Shown: positions 47,701-63,895 of the stretch, one piece after another
How positions within the stretch are numbered: position 1 is the stretch's first letter
Layout: every line of letters begins with the position of its first letter
NCBI GenBank assembly: GCA_020137815.1
Contig: CM035354.1
Location: 8,370,001-8,434,000 of the forward strand
Origin: Hormiphora californensis
Taxonomy: Eukaryota > Animalia > Ctenophora
Direction of reading: 5' to 3'
Length of the DNA stretch: 64,000 bases
Made by a program: the position numbers and the translations under genes
The notes under the pieces: generated by a model
Databases searched by the model: none
What the model was told of the DNA's origin: nothing
The model's input: the letters and a program-made list of their open reading frames with translations, nothing else

Positions 47701-50421
47701 TTGCTACTGGAGACGAGCTGTAAGAGCGTGGGAACAGAACGGGATACTAAAGTCCAGGAGACATGTACTGAGATGTCTACAAGGAGTGTCGGTACCCATA
47801 CCATTGTGGAGTGTCGTGTAGCAGCGTGTGGAACTGATACCCCAGTAACCATGGCAACTGTAGCTGTAGGGAGGGGACTGGTCAACAGGGAAACACAGAC
47901 TAGTGCTGCGGGAAGTTGTGAGAGATCAACAGAGATGAAGGGTATGTGGCTCCCTTTATTCATTATCCTCTTTCATCTCGTTATTAAATCATTTCACCCC
48001 CCTCCTCTACATTTAGATTCGCTGGAGACGCTGATGAAGAACTTCCTGATCTCGGATAGTGGTGATCACCGTCTACAATGCACTGAGAAGTGTTATAGAG
48101 GACATCGTATCCATAGCAACCTGGTCTCACTAACATGTCCAGATCTTGTCAAATCCACAGATTCCCAGTTGAGTTGCCTAGCAACCACCTCACTAGTAGA
48201 GTTCTGTTATACTCGCTCCATGGCAACTGTCAGAAAGGACACTGTCACTGAGTTACTGGAATACGCACAAAGGTAAACATCTCATGATGAACATTTGAAA
48301 CTAATCAGATACTAAAAGTGTAACACCCTCCCCCTTTTCTAGGCATGCGATCACAGAGCTAGAAGTGTACCTGAGACGTGAGGTGAGGATTGAGGTTAAG
48401 ATGGAGACAGAGGAAGGGAGGTATCTGAACCTCAGTCTCACCTCACAAGATGCAACCCGCCTTACCCAGCGACTCTCCCAACACCATTACAGTCACCTTA
48501 GTATGACATCACGTAACAATAGTCAGATATTGGGCAGTAGCTTTCTCCCCAGTTTGAGTCAGCTCAATGCAACTACTGGAAGTGTGGAACACTTAAAAAC
48601 AGAAACACAGGCATCCCCTCTTGCCTCTCCAGTAAAGACTCAAACAGTCACTGTTATTAGTCCTCTCAGGAGACCAGAATCCCCAGTGAGCCCATTGCGG
48701 ACTCAGCGGCCCATCAGCCCTACCCCTGTCAGCCCAGTTCGGACCCAACAGCTAGTCAGCCCAGTTCGTACCCAGCAGCCGATTAGTCCCTTGAAACTAA
48801 TCCTAAAGAGACCCCGTAGTCCAATGGATGTGAGTGATGACCTGGTGATAGTGACCCCAACTAAGCCCACTCAACGAATCACCCAGTATTTGCCCAATTA
48901 GTCCTGTGGAGATCACTGACGTTTTGGATGAATTCAGCCCTGCTAAAACGCAGAAAACCACCCTCACCAATGAACCAGACCACTCTGGGACCTCTATTCG
49001 GAGAGTCCCTTATTGTATCAGAGAGTCCTCCCTGGGTCGCCTCCACTCCAGCTCCACCAAACAAGACTACTGATTCCCCGCCACTCTCTCTCAGGTATTA
49101 ATTTGTGCTAGACACTCTCCCTAGCCTAGGTACCAAGATAGGTACCAAGATAGGTAGCAAGATAGGTAGCAAGATATAATGTCCATTGACCCTCGCCGTG
49201 CTAACCAACTCCCCTTTCTCTCTCAGTGACCACTACCCATTGACTCCCTACCCTCGCCGTGCTAACCAACTCCCCTTCTCTCTCAGTGACCACTACCCAT
49301 TGACCCCCTACCCTCTCAGTGTCCACTACCCATTGACTCCCTAGCATCGCCGTGCTAACCAACTCCCCTTCTCTCTCAATTACCACTGCCCACTGCCCAT
49401 TGACCCCCTACTCCCTACCCTCTCAGTGACCCAGCGGAAGAGAGTGACCCAGAGTTACAGCAGTTGTTAGACAAACTAACTAAGGCAGGGAAAGCAGCCA
49501 GAAAGAAGGAATCAGAGAGTGTGGCTCCCACCACCCCTATAGCTTCCACCTCAGCCCCCTCCAATGTATCTATCTACCAGAGGACACCTGGGTTTGCCCA
49601 GATGGACACACCCAAGCTAAAGGCAGCAGTGGACAAGTTCGGGCTGAAACAGCTGTCTAAAAAGAAGGCAGTGGCAAAACTAACGGAAATACACAGGTTC
49701 CAGAATAGGAAGTTTCTAAAGTGTACAAATGAATCGGAGGAGGAAGAGACAAGGTAAAAATGAATTTTAATTGTGATTGTCTAGTAGCATCATATTAATC
49801 AGGTCCCCTTTCCAGAGCCCCTATTGCTGGAAAGAGGCGCAGGAAGACGTCCTCTACGAAGGAGAATTCAGTGAGTGCTGACTCCGAAGAGGAAGAAGGG
49901 GGAACAAGCAGCACTCGAAACGAGACGAGGAAGGCCAGCAGAGCAGTTGAGTTGAAATCACAGATAGTGTCAGCAGTTAACTTCGACAGAGATCTGTACA
50001 ACAGAATACTACATTTTACTCCAATCAAAGTAACGGAGATACAGGTATGTATCAGGGGGTGGGGTGTTAGTTCTGCATTTAGGCACCATTCACAGTGTGT
50101 ATGGGTCTCTCTCCCTGAGTGTGGTAATGACTAATTTCAATACCCGGGGGTGACTTGCCTGGCTAGACTGTGTTTCGGGCGCCCCGCACCCGAAACGCCT
50201 ACCTTTACAAATGTAAAGGGAGGGTTAGAACATAACAAGGGGTGACCTGTGTTTTTTTGTTTCAGGATAAGATAGCCATGAAAGCTGGTGTGATTGCAGT
50301 TATCAATGTGCTAGATGAACTGGGTATAACCCACATAACCCCTGATCAACCTTCCTCCTCCACTGCTAAGAAAAGCAGACGGGTTCCATCAAAAACTGGT
50401 AGAGGATACAAAAAGTCCTGA
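44701..50421 (+). CDS. SLX4: Structure-specific endonuclease scaffold SLX4 (FANCP); apparent 1-nt frameshifts near 48884 and 48948
   Basis: Two UBZ fingers (CHICNKNL..ERHINNC; CPICSK..RHLKSCAKK), degenerate BTB (48017-48400), SAP motif TPGFAQMDTPKLKAAVDKFGLKQLSKKKAVAKLTEIHRF, and SLX1-binding domain DLYNRILHFTPIKVTEIQ..VLDELGIT, in SLX4 order. Confidence 0.88.
50155..50238. mobile_element. 84-bp insertion with 8-bp TSD in the last SLX4 intron; related sequence inverted at ~61648-61700
   Basis: GGGGTGAC at 50147-50154 and 50239-50246; termini TTG..CAA. Confidence 0.7.
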
Positions 50422-50698
50422 TACCCACATCCTATGTGTACAAACCCTACAGAATGCTTCACCGTTATATTACCACTCCGCTGCTTTTAATATTTAGTTA
50501 TAGACTGGTTATAAGCCGATTTAGCTATGAAGGAATTTATCTAGCTTCACTGTTCGATTTGTTTCTGTTTCTCTCTACCACAGATTTTTAACGTTTTTAA
50601 TTTATTTTACCACATAAATTTGTAACTTTACCAACTGTGTTTTATTAACATAATGCCCTACTGGCCTCTGTTTAATACCCCTAACTCTATCTCTAGCT

Positions 50699-54078
<3,380 letters not shown>

Positions 54079-54691
54079 GGAGACAGGGAGAGAGACAATT
54101 GTATTTGTAACCACGTGAAATTGTTAGAACGTGTCTCTGGCAGGGTGAGATCATGTCAGATGGGGTGTTATTGGCAGACAGCGAGCGAGACTTAGTATTG
54201 TCCTGACATGAGATATGATACGGCGGGGTGTATCTTGATATCACGTGTGTATGTTTATCCGAATTATAATCTGTATTTTGAACTTTATTGTATGCTGCTA
54301 CTAATTAACTGATCCAATTTAAACAAGGTAACCCTACTAATGACTTGTCATGTCATTATTAACACGGCAGGTGACAGTCGTAGGGTTGCCTTGTGTGTAA
54401 ATTAACAAATCCCGGATATTTCAAGTGAAGAAAGTGAAAAGTAAATACAGCTATGACACACATCCAACATTCCTCATAATTCCACGATATAGATTTCTGT
54501 ATTCAAATATTATTAATTTATTTAATTAAATAGGCCAAATAACACATTCTAATCTGCGTAACACTTTCGATGCAGAGGTCTTGTATGGATATTGATCAGT
54601 TAACAATTAAAAAGAGCTGTCACAGTTTTGAAATAGAAATTCTTGCGAGAAAATATCACATAATAAAATCATAATGTCTCTCTTTGTTCTT

Positions 54692-56919
54692 CTACTTTGC
54701 AAAACCACCATGTCCAGGGAAGCTGAGGGTCCTGGAGGGGTCCTTTGTGTTCCTATACTGGATCGCCAGAATAATTCCAATAAGCTGAAAGTGTACAATT
54801 TGTGGTTAATTTCCGGGTCCCCTCCTTGTTGGTGCGCGCCATTCCATAAGGGGTATAATTGCCATTTCTACTTTGGTAAGCGCTGACAATTTGTGCTTTT
54901 GATATTTCCAACATTTCGCGCGCTCCCCCGCCAACACATCATTGCGTCACACGAGAGAACCACGTCCAAACCATCAGCAGGGGGGTTTTCAAATTACCTC
55001 AGTGAAAGCGAAGAAGAGACCAACGGTTCCGGAAACCTTCACGGCATATGAGAACTGCTCCTCGATTTTAGCCTTGCATGGTTCACACCCAACCAGTGTT
55101 GAGTTAGCAGCAGTTGAGTTCTCAGGGTGTAGATAACATTGCTCCTCTGACGTCAGATAGAGACTGAAATGAGGGAGTGTTAAATAAATCTCGGGTTTTA
55201 AAACTACAAAAAACATTAAACAATAAACTTACTCTGTACAACAGGGAAGGTCGGAGCATCCAGTGACAGGGCCAAGTGCATCTGTAGTGTTCTGGTCATA
55301 TCCGCAGCAATCGAATGCGTGCTGCACTTCAATGCGACTGAAGGGGGGGGGGGGTTATACCTCATGTAACATCGATCAAGTTTGAAAGACAATACGTCGC
55401 GTGTAATTGCACACTCACGGCCGCATTTCTCATTAATATTAATTCATACAGTACTACTCAAGTTTCAAATGTCTGAGTTTATTCTGACACTCAAAGGTAT
55501 GGAGTGATTTAGTCTAGAAACTAGAGGTACGGATTCATTCCATTCATTACTCACCTAACATTGTTGGCGTTTGCCCAGGATCGGTTCAGAATGTCGTGCT
55601 TCTGGTCGTCATTGATAGCAACCAGAGTTATTGAAGATGCAAACTGGACAATACACAATAGTCCTAATACAACCATGTACTGTAGAGGGCGGTTAAGGAA
55701 CAAAACATTTAGAGTTTTTTAATTTTCTATATCGATCCCACATTTTATATCTTATTCTATGTAGCCCTTGGGGGGAGCCCTTTCCGGTCCCTAACCACTC
55801 CCACACCCCTCCCAATTGGTATAGCTGAATCCAGGGTAATAAAGGGAGACTTTTCCTACACTATTTATGCCATTTTGGTGTACCGCTGTGTATATCGGAC
55901 AGCAGTGGGGAGAGTAAACGTGTGATCGGGAGAGATAAACAGTAGTGGGAGAGAAAGAAAGATAAAAGGGAGGGAGAGAACAGAAAATTCGACATACACA
56001 TGCTCTACACAGAGTAAAATGAGATGCGTGTAAAGTGTTTAGCGCCTATAAATCCAGCCTGATCACAAGATTGTCGCAGCTGGCTGCTGAACTACACAGC
56101 GTGTTTAGAAGATGTGACACAGATCTGGTTGTTTCTATTTCTTGTATCATTTGTTCTGTTCGAGCTGTCTCTGAACAGGATAGGTAAAAGAATAGCTTGA
56201 AGAGAGCGGAAGAAAGTAAAAGAGAATGTGTATTGTTATAACCACTACACACGGAAAGCTCTCTCATTGTGAGGTCCCTGCTAATAGTGTCACACAGAGC
56301 TCATGTACTACACACACTCACGTGGACAATACAATTTCATCCAACCTTGCCCCTTTGAGACCCCATCTCCTTTCCTACCATACTATGCCACCATCCCCAC
56401 CCATGTTACTTCCCCCCTAATTCCCCACCCACTGTGTCTGAGATATAGCACGGTAAAGGATACGAAGAAGAGCATGACTTGATGATGGTGTAGAGCACCA
56501 CACAGGCCCAGGAAGGAGAAGAGGAAGAGGAACGCCCCCACAGCAATCAGTGATGCAATCAAGCTGTAACTCGTGAAGTAGTTCATGGAGTAGGCAAACG
56601 CTGGAACTGCAATCAATACCAGAGCTATCAACTGAAATTAGAGGGAGGGGAATTAGTATAGGGGTGGGTGGGGGGAGGGTAGGGGTGGGTAGGGGAATTA
56701 GGGATTAGTTTCTTGATTTCCATTGTATTATTATTGAAGATGGAATTTTAAGAAGTTGATATGCATGTTAAATCACGAGGGGCCACTAATTACAAAGATT
56801 GCTTGGCTACTTAGGTCTACCAAGAGGGGCGACTCATATTGATACCTATTACCTACCATGTAAAGTATGTTGAGCAGAACAAGACTGCTTTTCAGTCTGG
56901 TGAAGGAACAGCAACCCAT
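54692..56919 (-). CDS. Tetraspanin, TSPAN13/TSPAN31 subfamily
   Basis: Six exons: MGCCSF..LNILYM|LIALVLI..GLCGALHHHQVMLFF|YMVVL..|..FDCCG..|..CEPC..GLFFAFTE|LIGIILAIQYRNTKDP..*. Four TM segments and the CCG motif; HHQVMLFFYM and YRNxKDP are typical of TSPAN13/31. Confidence 0.9.
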
Positions 56920-57740
56920 GGTGAACTTTCTAATTCCTATAAAGTAGAGCAACTTTTTGAAAAGTATATCATAACAAAACAAGTAGTAGATTTCAATTTC
57001 GAGCCAATTCAGAAGACAAACTGTCACAATTACACACTGGTACGGGAGAGACATTTCAGATATGGTTTTAATGTGTGAGCATTTACAGCCTGTCTCACAC
57101 AAACAAACGTACACACAGAGGTCGGAAAGTTGAGGGCAATCGACCCTTGTTATAGGGCCACTATTGAGACGGCTGGCATTTGGCAAGGATAATGTAATCA
57201 TGTAATATCACTGGACACTATTATAGCTGATATTAATTGCGGGATATTTCATCCGCGATATTATCGCGATTAGTTATCCGCGATGGAAATTATGAAGAAA
57301 GGAGGTGACAAAAATGTGGTGTTTGAACTGAGAGAACAAGAGCAACAGGAAACGCGAAACGATCAGAGTGCAATGAGGTTTCCGGGAAGTATGACACGAA
57401 GTGGTAACCATGTGTACGGGCCTCCGCAAGCAACTTTAAAAGTGGACTTTTTCAGTGACAATGGGCCATTTCTAAGCTTATTAGGGACACATTGGCATTA
57501 TCTAAGCTGTGTAAAGACCACTGGGGAGTAGGAGAATGGCTGTGAGTGATTGTTGAATGTTAAAGGAAGAAAGAGGGGACAAAAATGTGGTGTTTGAACT
57601 GAGAGAGCGAGAGCAACAGGAAACGTTGGCAAACGCCGCTGGCCCCCGCAGCGTGGGATAAGGAATTAGGCAGCGCTTTTCAAAAGTCGGTTTTGCTTTT
57701 TTAAGTTTTTTACTTTTAAAAATCGACAGGAGGGTTACAA

Positions 57741-59067
57741 GGGTGACCTCGCTCCGACTTCTATGATCCAAGCACGGGTGTGACCAATGAGAGCGCGCCC
57801 GCCGGCCCCGTACTGTCCAGTACTTATACAGCCGGATTTTCTGTCTACGAACCACTTCAACTTCATCAAGATTACAAGATTACAAGATTACAAGATTAAA
57901 ATTATATTTATAATGTCAATAAATTAAATAAATGTAATCATTGACACCCCGCTACACTAAACATATTGGTTCACAAATATTAAAAATATATATGTCCAAC
58001 ATGCGGACGTTTCCGCCCGTAGCTACCTCTAGCTGGGTTATCTCGTCTAATTCAAACACTCTTCAATATCACATTGTATGTACAAAAAACAGAATCAATA
58101 AACTGTCGTGATAACAAGTGATGAGTAGCGTGTAGAAGGGATGTTGTAAATAGTTTGTAGAATGAGGAATGAGGATGTGCTCGATATGGAGCAGTGCAAG
58201 GAAAAGGACCCAGGGATCGATGTGGAGGAGGTAGGAGTAAAGGACCCAGGGATCGATGAGAAGCAAGGTAGGAGTAAAGGACCCAGGGATCGATGTGGAG
58301 GAGGTAGGAGTAAAGGACCCAGGGATCGATGTGGAGGAGGTAGGAGTAAAGGACCCAGGGATCGATGTGGAGGAGGTAGGAGTAGAGGACCCAGGGATCG
58401 ATGTGGAGCAAGGTAGGGAAAGGACCCAGGGATCGATGTGGAGCAAGGTAGGCCGTAGGGAAAGGACCCGGGAATCGATGTGGAGGAGGTAGGAGTAAAG
58501 GACCCAGGAATCGATGTGGAGGAGGTAGGAGTAGAGGACCCAGGGATCAATGTGGAGTGAAAGTAGGAGTAAAGGACCCAGGGATCGATGTGGAGGAGGT
58601 AGGAGTAAAGGACCCAGGAATCAATGTGGAGGAGGTAGGAGTAGAGGACCCAGGGATCAATGTGGAGTGAAAGTAGGAGTAAAGGACCCAGGGATCGATG
58701 TGGAGGAGGTAGGAGTAGAGGACCCAGGGATCGATGTGGAGGAGGTAGGAGTAAAGGACCCAGGGATCGATGTGGAGGAGGTAGGAGTAAAGGACCCAGG
58801 GATCGATGTGGAGGAGGTAGGAGTAGAGGACCCAGGGATCGATGTGGAGGAGGTAGGGGTAAAGGACCCAGGGATCGATGTGGAGGACCGAGGAGGTAGG
58901 ATCACAAAGTCACACATACTTCCATCGTATGCCCGTTTGAGGCTTGAGCTCTTAGCTCCCTCCCGCTAGCTTGGTTAGGGCTTTTGTCAACAAGCTATTG
59001 GGGAGTGGAGACGATGGAACCCTGTCACACCCGTGCTTGGATCATAGAAGTCGGAGCGAGGTCACCC
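57741..59067. mobile_element. Element bounded by ~44-bp inverted repeats, enclosing a (CAAGATTA)n tract and a 36-bp minisatellite
   Basis: GGGTGACCTCGCTCCGACTTCTATGATCCAAGCACGGGTGTGAC at 57741-57784 and its exact reverse complement at 59024-59067. No clear TSD. Confidence 0.7.
58203..58900. repeat. 36-bp minisatellite (AAGGACCCAGGGATCGATGTGGAGGAGGTAGGAGTA), ~19 copies
   Basis: Tandem array with minor unit variants and no spacers. Confidence 0.95.
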
Positions 59068-59853
59068 CGGAAAACGTTAAAATCTGGGTGCCTTTCATTG
59101 CTAACAATTCGTAGTTTTAGCGCGCGCGACGGGTTAGGGCTATCCGTTAGGGTCTGGTTAGGGTTTGGTTTGGGGTTATCGGTTAGGGCTATCGATTCTC
59201 TATCAGTTACCGTTTAGTTTACTCAAATTGGCCATGTGGTTGCGTGGCTATAGCCGTTTGAAAAAAGTCGGTCTAAGTGTACTCTTTTGGTAGCGCGCAC
59301 CTGTAAACAGGCCGCAAGGCACCCAGATTATAATCGCACCCGGTCACCTCTCAAAGTTCAAACCCTCCTGTACCCAATGGACCCAGCCTTGCTTCGCCCC
59401 TGCTCCTGTTGGTTTGTTTAAAAACCCGCGAAAAAACCCGCGAAAAAACAAACAAAATCGCTTTTTAAAGTGCGTTTCAAACGACTTGACCTGAGATTCC
59501 TGGAAATTCAGGATTTCCCCTTTGTAAATACACGCGCAATGCGCCAAATTCCAAGAATTACGGGTCAAGTCGCTTGAAACGGAAAACGTTAAAATCTGGG
59601 TGCCTTTCATTGCTAACAATTCGTAGTTTTGGCGCGCGCGACGGGTTAGGGCTATCCGTTAGGGTCTGGTTAGGGTTTGGTTTGGGGTTATCGGTTAGGG
59701 CTATCGATTCTCTAACTGATACCGTTTAGTTTACTCAAATCGGCCATGTGGTTCCATGGCTATAGCCGTTTGAAAAAAGTCGGTCTAAGTATACTCTTTT
59801 GGCAGCGCGCACCTGTAAACACGCTGCAAGGCACCCAGATTATAATCGCGCCC
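59068..59853. mobile_element. Two 274-bp copies (59068-59341, 59580-59853) of an 8-bp-TSD MITE with internal TTAGGG-like repeats
   Basis: TSDs GGTCACC(C/T) and perfect GCTTGAAA; subterminal IR AATCTGGGTGCCTT/AAGGCACCCAGATT. Confidence 0.88.
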
Positions 59854-59894
59854 GCTTGAAACGGACTTCAAAGTGGATTGATGCAGCTGCACTA

Positions 59895-60400
59895 GGGATC
59901 CCTAAAAAAGTTCAGTATTTACACAGCGTTTACACAGTCTTTACACAGTCGTTACACCCAGAGCGCCCGCGCCGCTCTGGGTGTAAAGACTGCGTCTTCC
60001 GCACTCGATTTGCAGCGTTTTCGGAAACTTTTTTCGCCGCAGCACTCAATTGTGCAGCACACAATCCAATATTTTCTTAGAAAAAGCCGCAAAACGCAGC
60101 ACGCGCCGCTCTGGGTGTAACGACTGTGTAAAGACTGTGTAAACTCTGTGTATAGTCGGATTTTTTGAAACTGTCACCCCCCTGAAATAACAAATTTGTC
60201 ATATCTCAGGTTCCTGATAAGATAGAGACTTGAAATTTGGAGGTTCGGAAGAACTTAGCAAGATCTTTATAACCTCCAAATTTCAAGTCTCTATCTCATC
60301 AGGAACCGGACTTATGGTCATTTAAAGAAATTTGAAAACTCAGGGGGGGTGACAGTTTCAAAAAATCCGACTTTAAATACTGAACTTTTTTAGGGATCCC
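59895..60400. mobile_element. MITE of the 32040 family with a nested 30990-family MITE (60153-60373)
   Basis: The outer TIR is interrupted at a TA by the inner element, which has TA on both sides. Confidence 0.85.
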
Positions 60401-60657
60401 TCTGAAATCGCAGCGCGCGGCTTAAGAAAAGGCTGAAATTCGGCAGCTCCGTTCCGAACAAAACACGCGCGTTCCATTTTACGCGTAAATTGGCATCGTA
60501 AACTGTTTTGTTTCAGATCGCGAAATTTGTGAATTTCTTTTAAAAAAAACGTTAAAATTTTAAGAAAAGATTAAAATTTGGTGTGCCGTTTTAATTGTTT
60601 TCGGCTTGAAAAGCACTGCCTTATCCCGCGGGGGCCAGCAGCGTTTGCCAAGTTTTC

Positions 60658-61108
60658 GGCCAGCGTTAAAATCTGGGTGTTTCGTGAGTACTGACAAACG
60701 GTTTTTAGGGTTAGGGCTAAAGTAAGGTCAGGGTTTGGGTTGGGGATAGGCCTTGACATTTCCTACCACTTTGAATTAGCCAAAACAGTTGAGTGGTTTG
60801 GCGATTTGAGCCATTTTAGTGAATCAACTTTTTTGGCAGCGCGCACAGGCTACGAAACGACGATCTGTTTGTTTGCGATCTGGGTGTTTGGTGGCCGGTT
60901 TACAGGTAAGCGCTTCCAAAAAAGTTGATTCACTAAAATGGCTCTAACCGCCAAACCACTCAACCATTTTTGCTAATTCAAAGTTTATCTGGTAGGAAAT
61001 GTAAAATGGTAAGGCCTAACCCCAACCCAAACCCTAACCCTACTTTAGCCCTAACCCTAAAAAACCGTTTGTCAGCACTCACCTAATACCCAGATTTTAA
61101 CGCTGGCC
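60658..61108. mobile_element. Palindromic (head-to-head) form of the 38702 telomere-like MITE
   Basis: GGCCAGCGTTAAAATCTGGGT../..ACCCAGATTTTAACGCTGGCC; both arms match 38745-38945. Confidence 0.82.
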
Positions 61109-63863
61109 TAAATTTGGACCAATCGTGGTGTACGTTTATTATCTAAGACCCCGGTGTCGGCTTGTTGTTTCTTCTTTTTTAAATGTGGAATGCACTGCAG
61201 CACCCTTTGAATTTTGAAAAGCAACGTTTCCCGACAGCCCCCTTATGCCTGCCCGCAGCGTATGCAAACGCGAACGTTAAAATCTGGGTTTTCTATACGA
61301 AACAGTATATTTTGTTTCAACTGTTGACACTCCCTGGGTTTCGGAAAGTTTATTTCTTCGATTTCTCGGGATTGATGATGATGATGATGAACCTTTTATG
61401 ATTGTGTAATAAAGTGTTTTCAATAAGTTCATTAAACCGGCCATATCATGAGAAACGTAAAAAGGGGGTGAACAAAGAGGATGTTATACTCCCCTCGTAT
61501 CTCGTGACACGGAAGTCGGAATCCATCGTCAAAGGGGCCTCATCCCTAACTACACGTCACGTGAGCCGCTTTAGAAGGCTTGTTAGTGGTGGGGGCGTTA
61601 CTTCGATCGACCGATCAAAACGGCGTTCTCCTAGCACTAACAATGCATTGCTATGTTCTAACCCTCCCTTTACATTTAAGGGTTTGCGGGCGGGGTGCGT
61701 GAAGGGTGGACCTCGTACCCAAAGAGCGAACTGGAGATGATAATAATAATTTTTACTGTGTGCATGTTAAAAAGTGAGATAAATTTGAATTGAAATGAAT
61801 TGAATTTTAATTCTTTCCCTGCAATAACTTAATTGTCTCAGTCGGTTTCAGTTGTCCATAAACAACTTCCATCAAACTAAAACCGGATCATCGCAACGGC
61901 CCAGAGGCCAGAAATCAGTTTTAGTTACGGGTGTGCCCCGAGCACTTCAAGTTATCTCTAATACTTTTTTAGTGGTGAGGTTTAACCAAAAAAAGAAATG
62001 ATATAAAGTTTCATGTTGAGAGCTGTTACTTTCTAGTGTAACACCAACAGACATGGTCGATTACCAAGAAATAAAAGGGGAATTTGCCACACAGATCAGA
62101 GCCCCTTTTTCGAATATTGGACGACAAAAAATTCGATAGTCGAAAAGTTTTATGTATCTTGTCAAATGTCAGCCTTTTTTCCAGATTGACTCACAGATGT
62201 AGAAACAAATATGGTTAGCAGACTGCAGATGGTGAAGATTACAGGTGGAGGAGGCGGTTGAATGAAGTCCACGCCGGGACACTTAGGATCAAAAGAAGGT
62301 ATGGGGAATGATGGAATATAGGGCAACATAGCAAGACACAGTAATTGATGACCGAGCGGGCAAAAAATACTTGACACCCTTTATATCTTTCTAAAGGTAA
62401 ATGGACTACACACCACACACCACACACAAATACAACTAACACCATGCCGCGAAAACTAAACCTGTATCTACGTCCCAGGGAAAAACGAAGAAAGAGAGGG
62501 GTGGGACAAGGAGGATGACTTAGGAACGTGAAAGAAAACGTAAAAAAGTAAAGGAACGACAAGATATGATGGAACAATTTGGGGATCATTCTCTATCATA
62601 ATGATCAACTTTCAATTAACGAGAAGCAGATCCTGAAACAGATGGTGAAGCGTTTCTCCCGGCTAATTATGACAATTGTCACCTTTTGGGAGGTTAGGGA
62701 GGTAGGTTGCTGCGGGCCTCCCTCTTATGAGTGTCAACAATTGTGTGAATGAATGAATGTTGATGAGAATGTGTGTGTGAAATCACAATGTAGCTTATAT
62801 ATAGCCAAACGCGACGGGGCGGGGTGAGGAGCGGGAAAAGGGAGAAGGAGAGAAGCGAAACGAAGAAGATAGAAGGGCCTCGGACCCACTGTTGCACTAC
62901 CCTAGATGAGAGGTGGACAGGAGCAGGAACGACCATATAGAAGTAAAGAACATAAGTTCGTTAGATGGAATGGAAGAAAGGGTGAGACACAAGAGAATCA
63001 TTGCCGATGCAGGGAGAATAGGGGCACAGTCAATAAAAGAAGGAAGGAGGGACTTTGGAAATGTGCGCCTTCCAGGCAGAGCGAGCAGAGTTTTTCCTAT
63101 TCCTTCTAGGAATATGTATGAGCTACACGCCTATGAGCTTTGCTCTTTGTCGTACGAGACTGAGCCAGTAGAAGGATCAAGCTAGATATAAAGAGAATTA
63201 CTAACGAGTCTTTCCTTAGTAGTTATATGATCCCAGAGATGAGCCCAGACTCACCAGTAAGCCAGATGGATTGTAGCAGTTATGAGAGAGTCTCAGTTGT
63301 TAGAGATAGAGAGCAGAGGGATCCGTGACGAAGGATGGAGAGGGGGGAGCTAACCACCTTTTAGTTATTCCTGTCAATCGTAGGACTATAGTCAGTGAGC
63401 GCAAGTATTGTTTGCTAGGAGCAGTCCCGATTCTGCTTCGGTTTTCTCCATTTCGACCCGCTGCTTTAGCCTTTAGATATAAAAGTCAAGAGAACCTCTT
63501 CAGAATCTTTCTGTCCATTAGCCTGTCCAGAAGAGCCACTTGTTCTCCCATGCCGAACTTTGAAAAGTCTATAACGGGAATGAGTTCTAATGGAGCTTTT
63601 GGTGATGCTTGGGGCAGTAGGGGAGAATAGTAAAAAGAGAGAGAGAGGGAGAGAGACAGAGCGAGAGAGAGAGAGAGAGAGAGAGAGATGAGAGAGAGCT
63701 ATGGAAAGAGAGGGAGAGAGAGTCAGGAGAGGCAGAAGAGAGAGAGTATAGAGATCGAGAGTAGCTGTAGAGAGGCTCGATGTTGTCTAGCTAGATCTCT
63801 ATACTCTCGATTCTCTCTCGAGATCGCCGCGCTCGCTCTCTCTATCTCCTCTCGCTCTCTGAT

Positions 63864-63895
<32 letters not shown>

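Noticed and set aside
58203-58900. 36-bp repeats as a CRISPR array or coding repeat
   Set aside because: Units are head-to-tail without unique spacers, the context is eukaryotic with no cas genes, and indels shift the frames.
62040-63630. Possible gene or retroelement remnant near the window end
   Set aside because: Some splice-like signals, but frames are broken by stops and no RT, integrase or recombinase motif could be identified.
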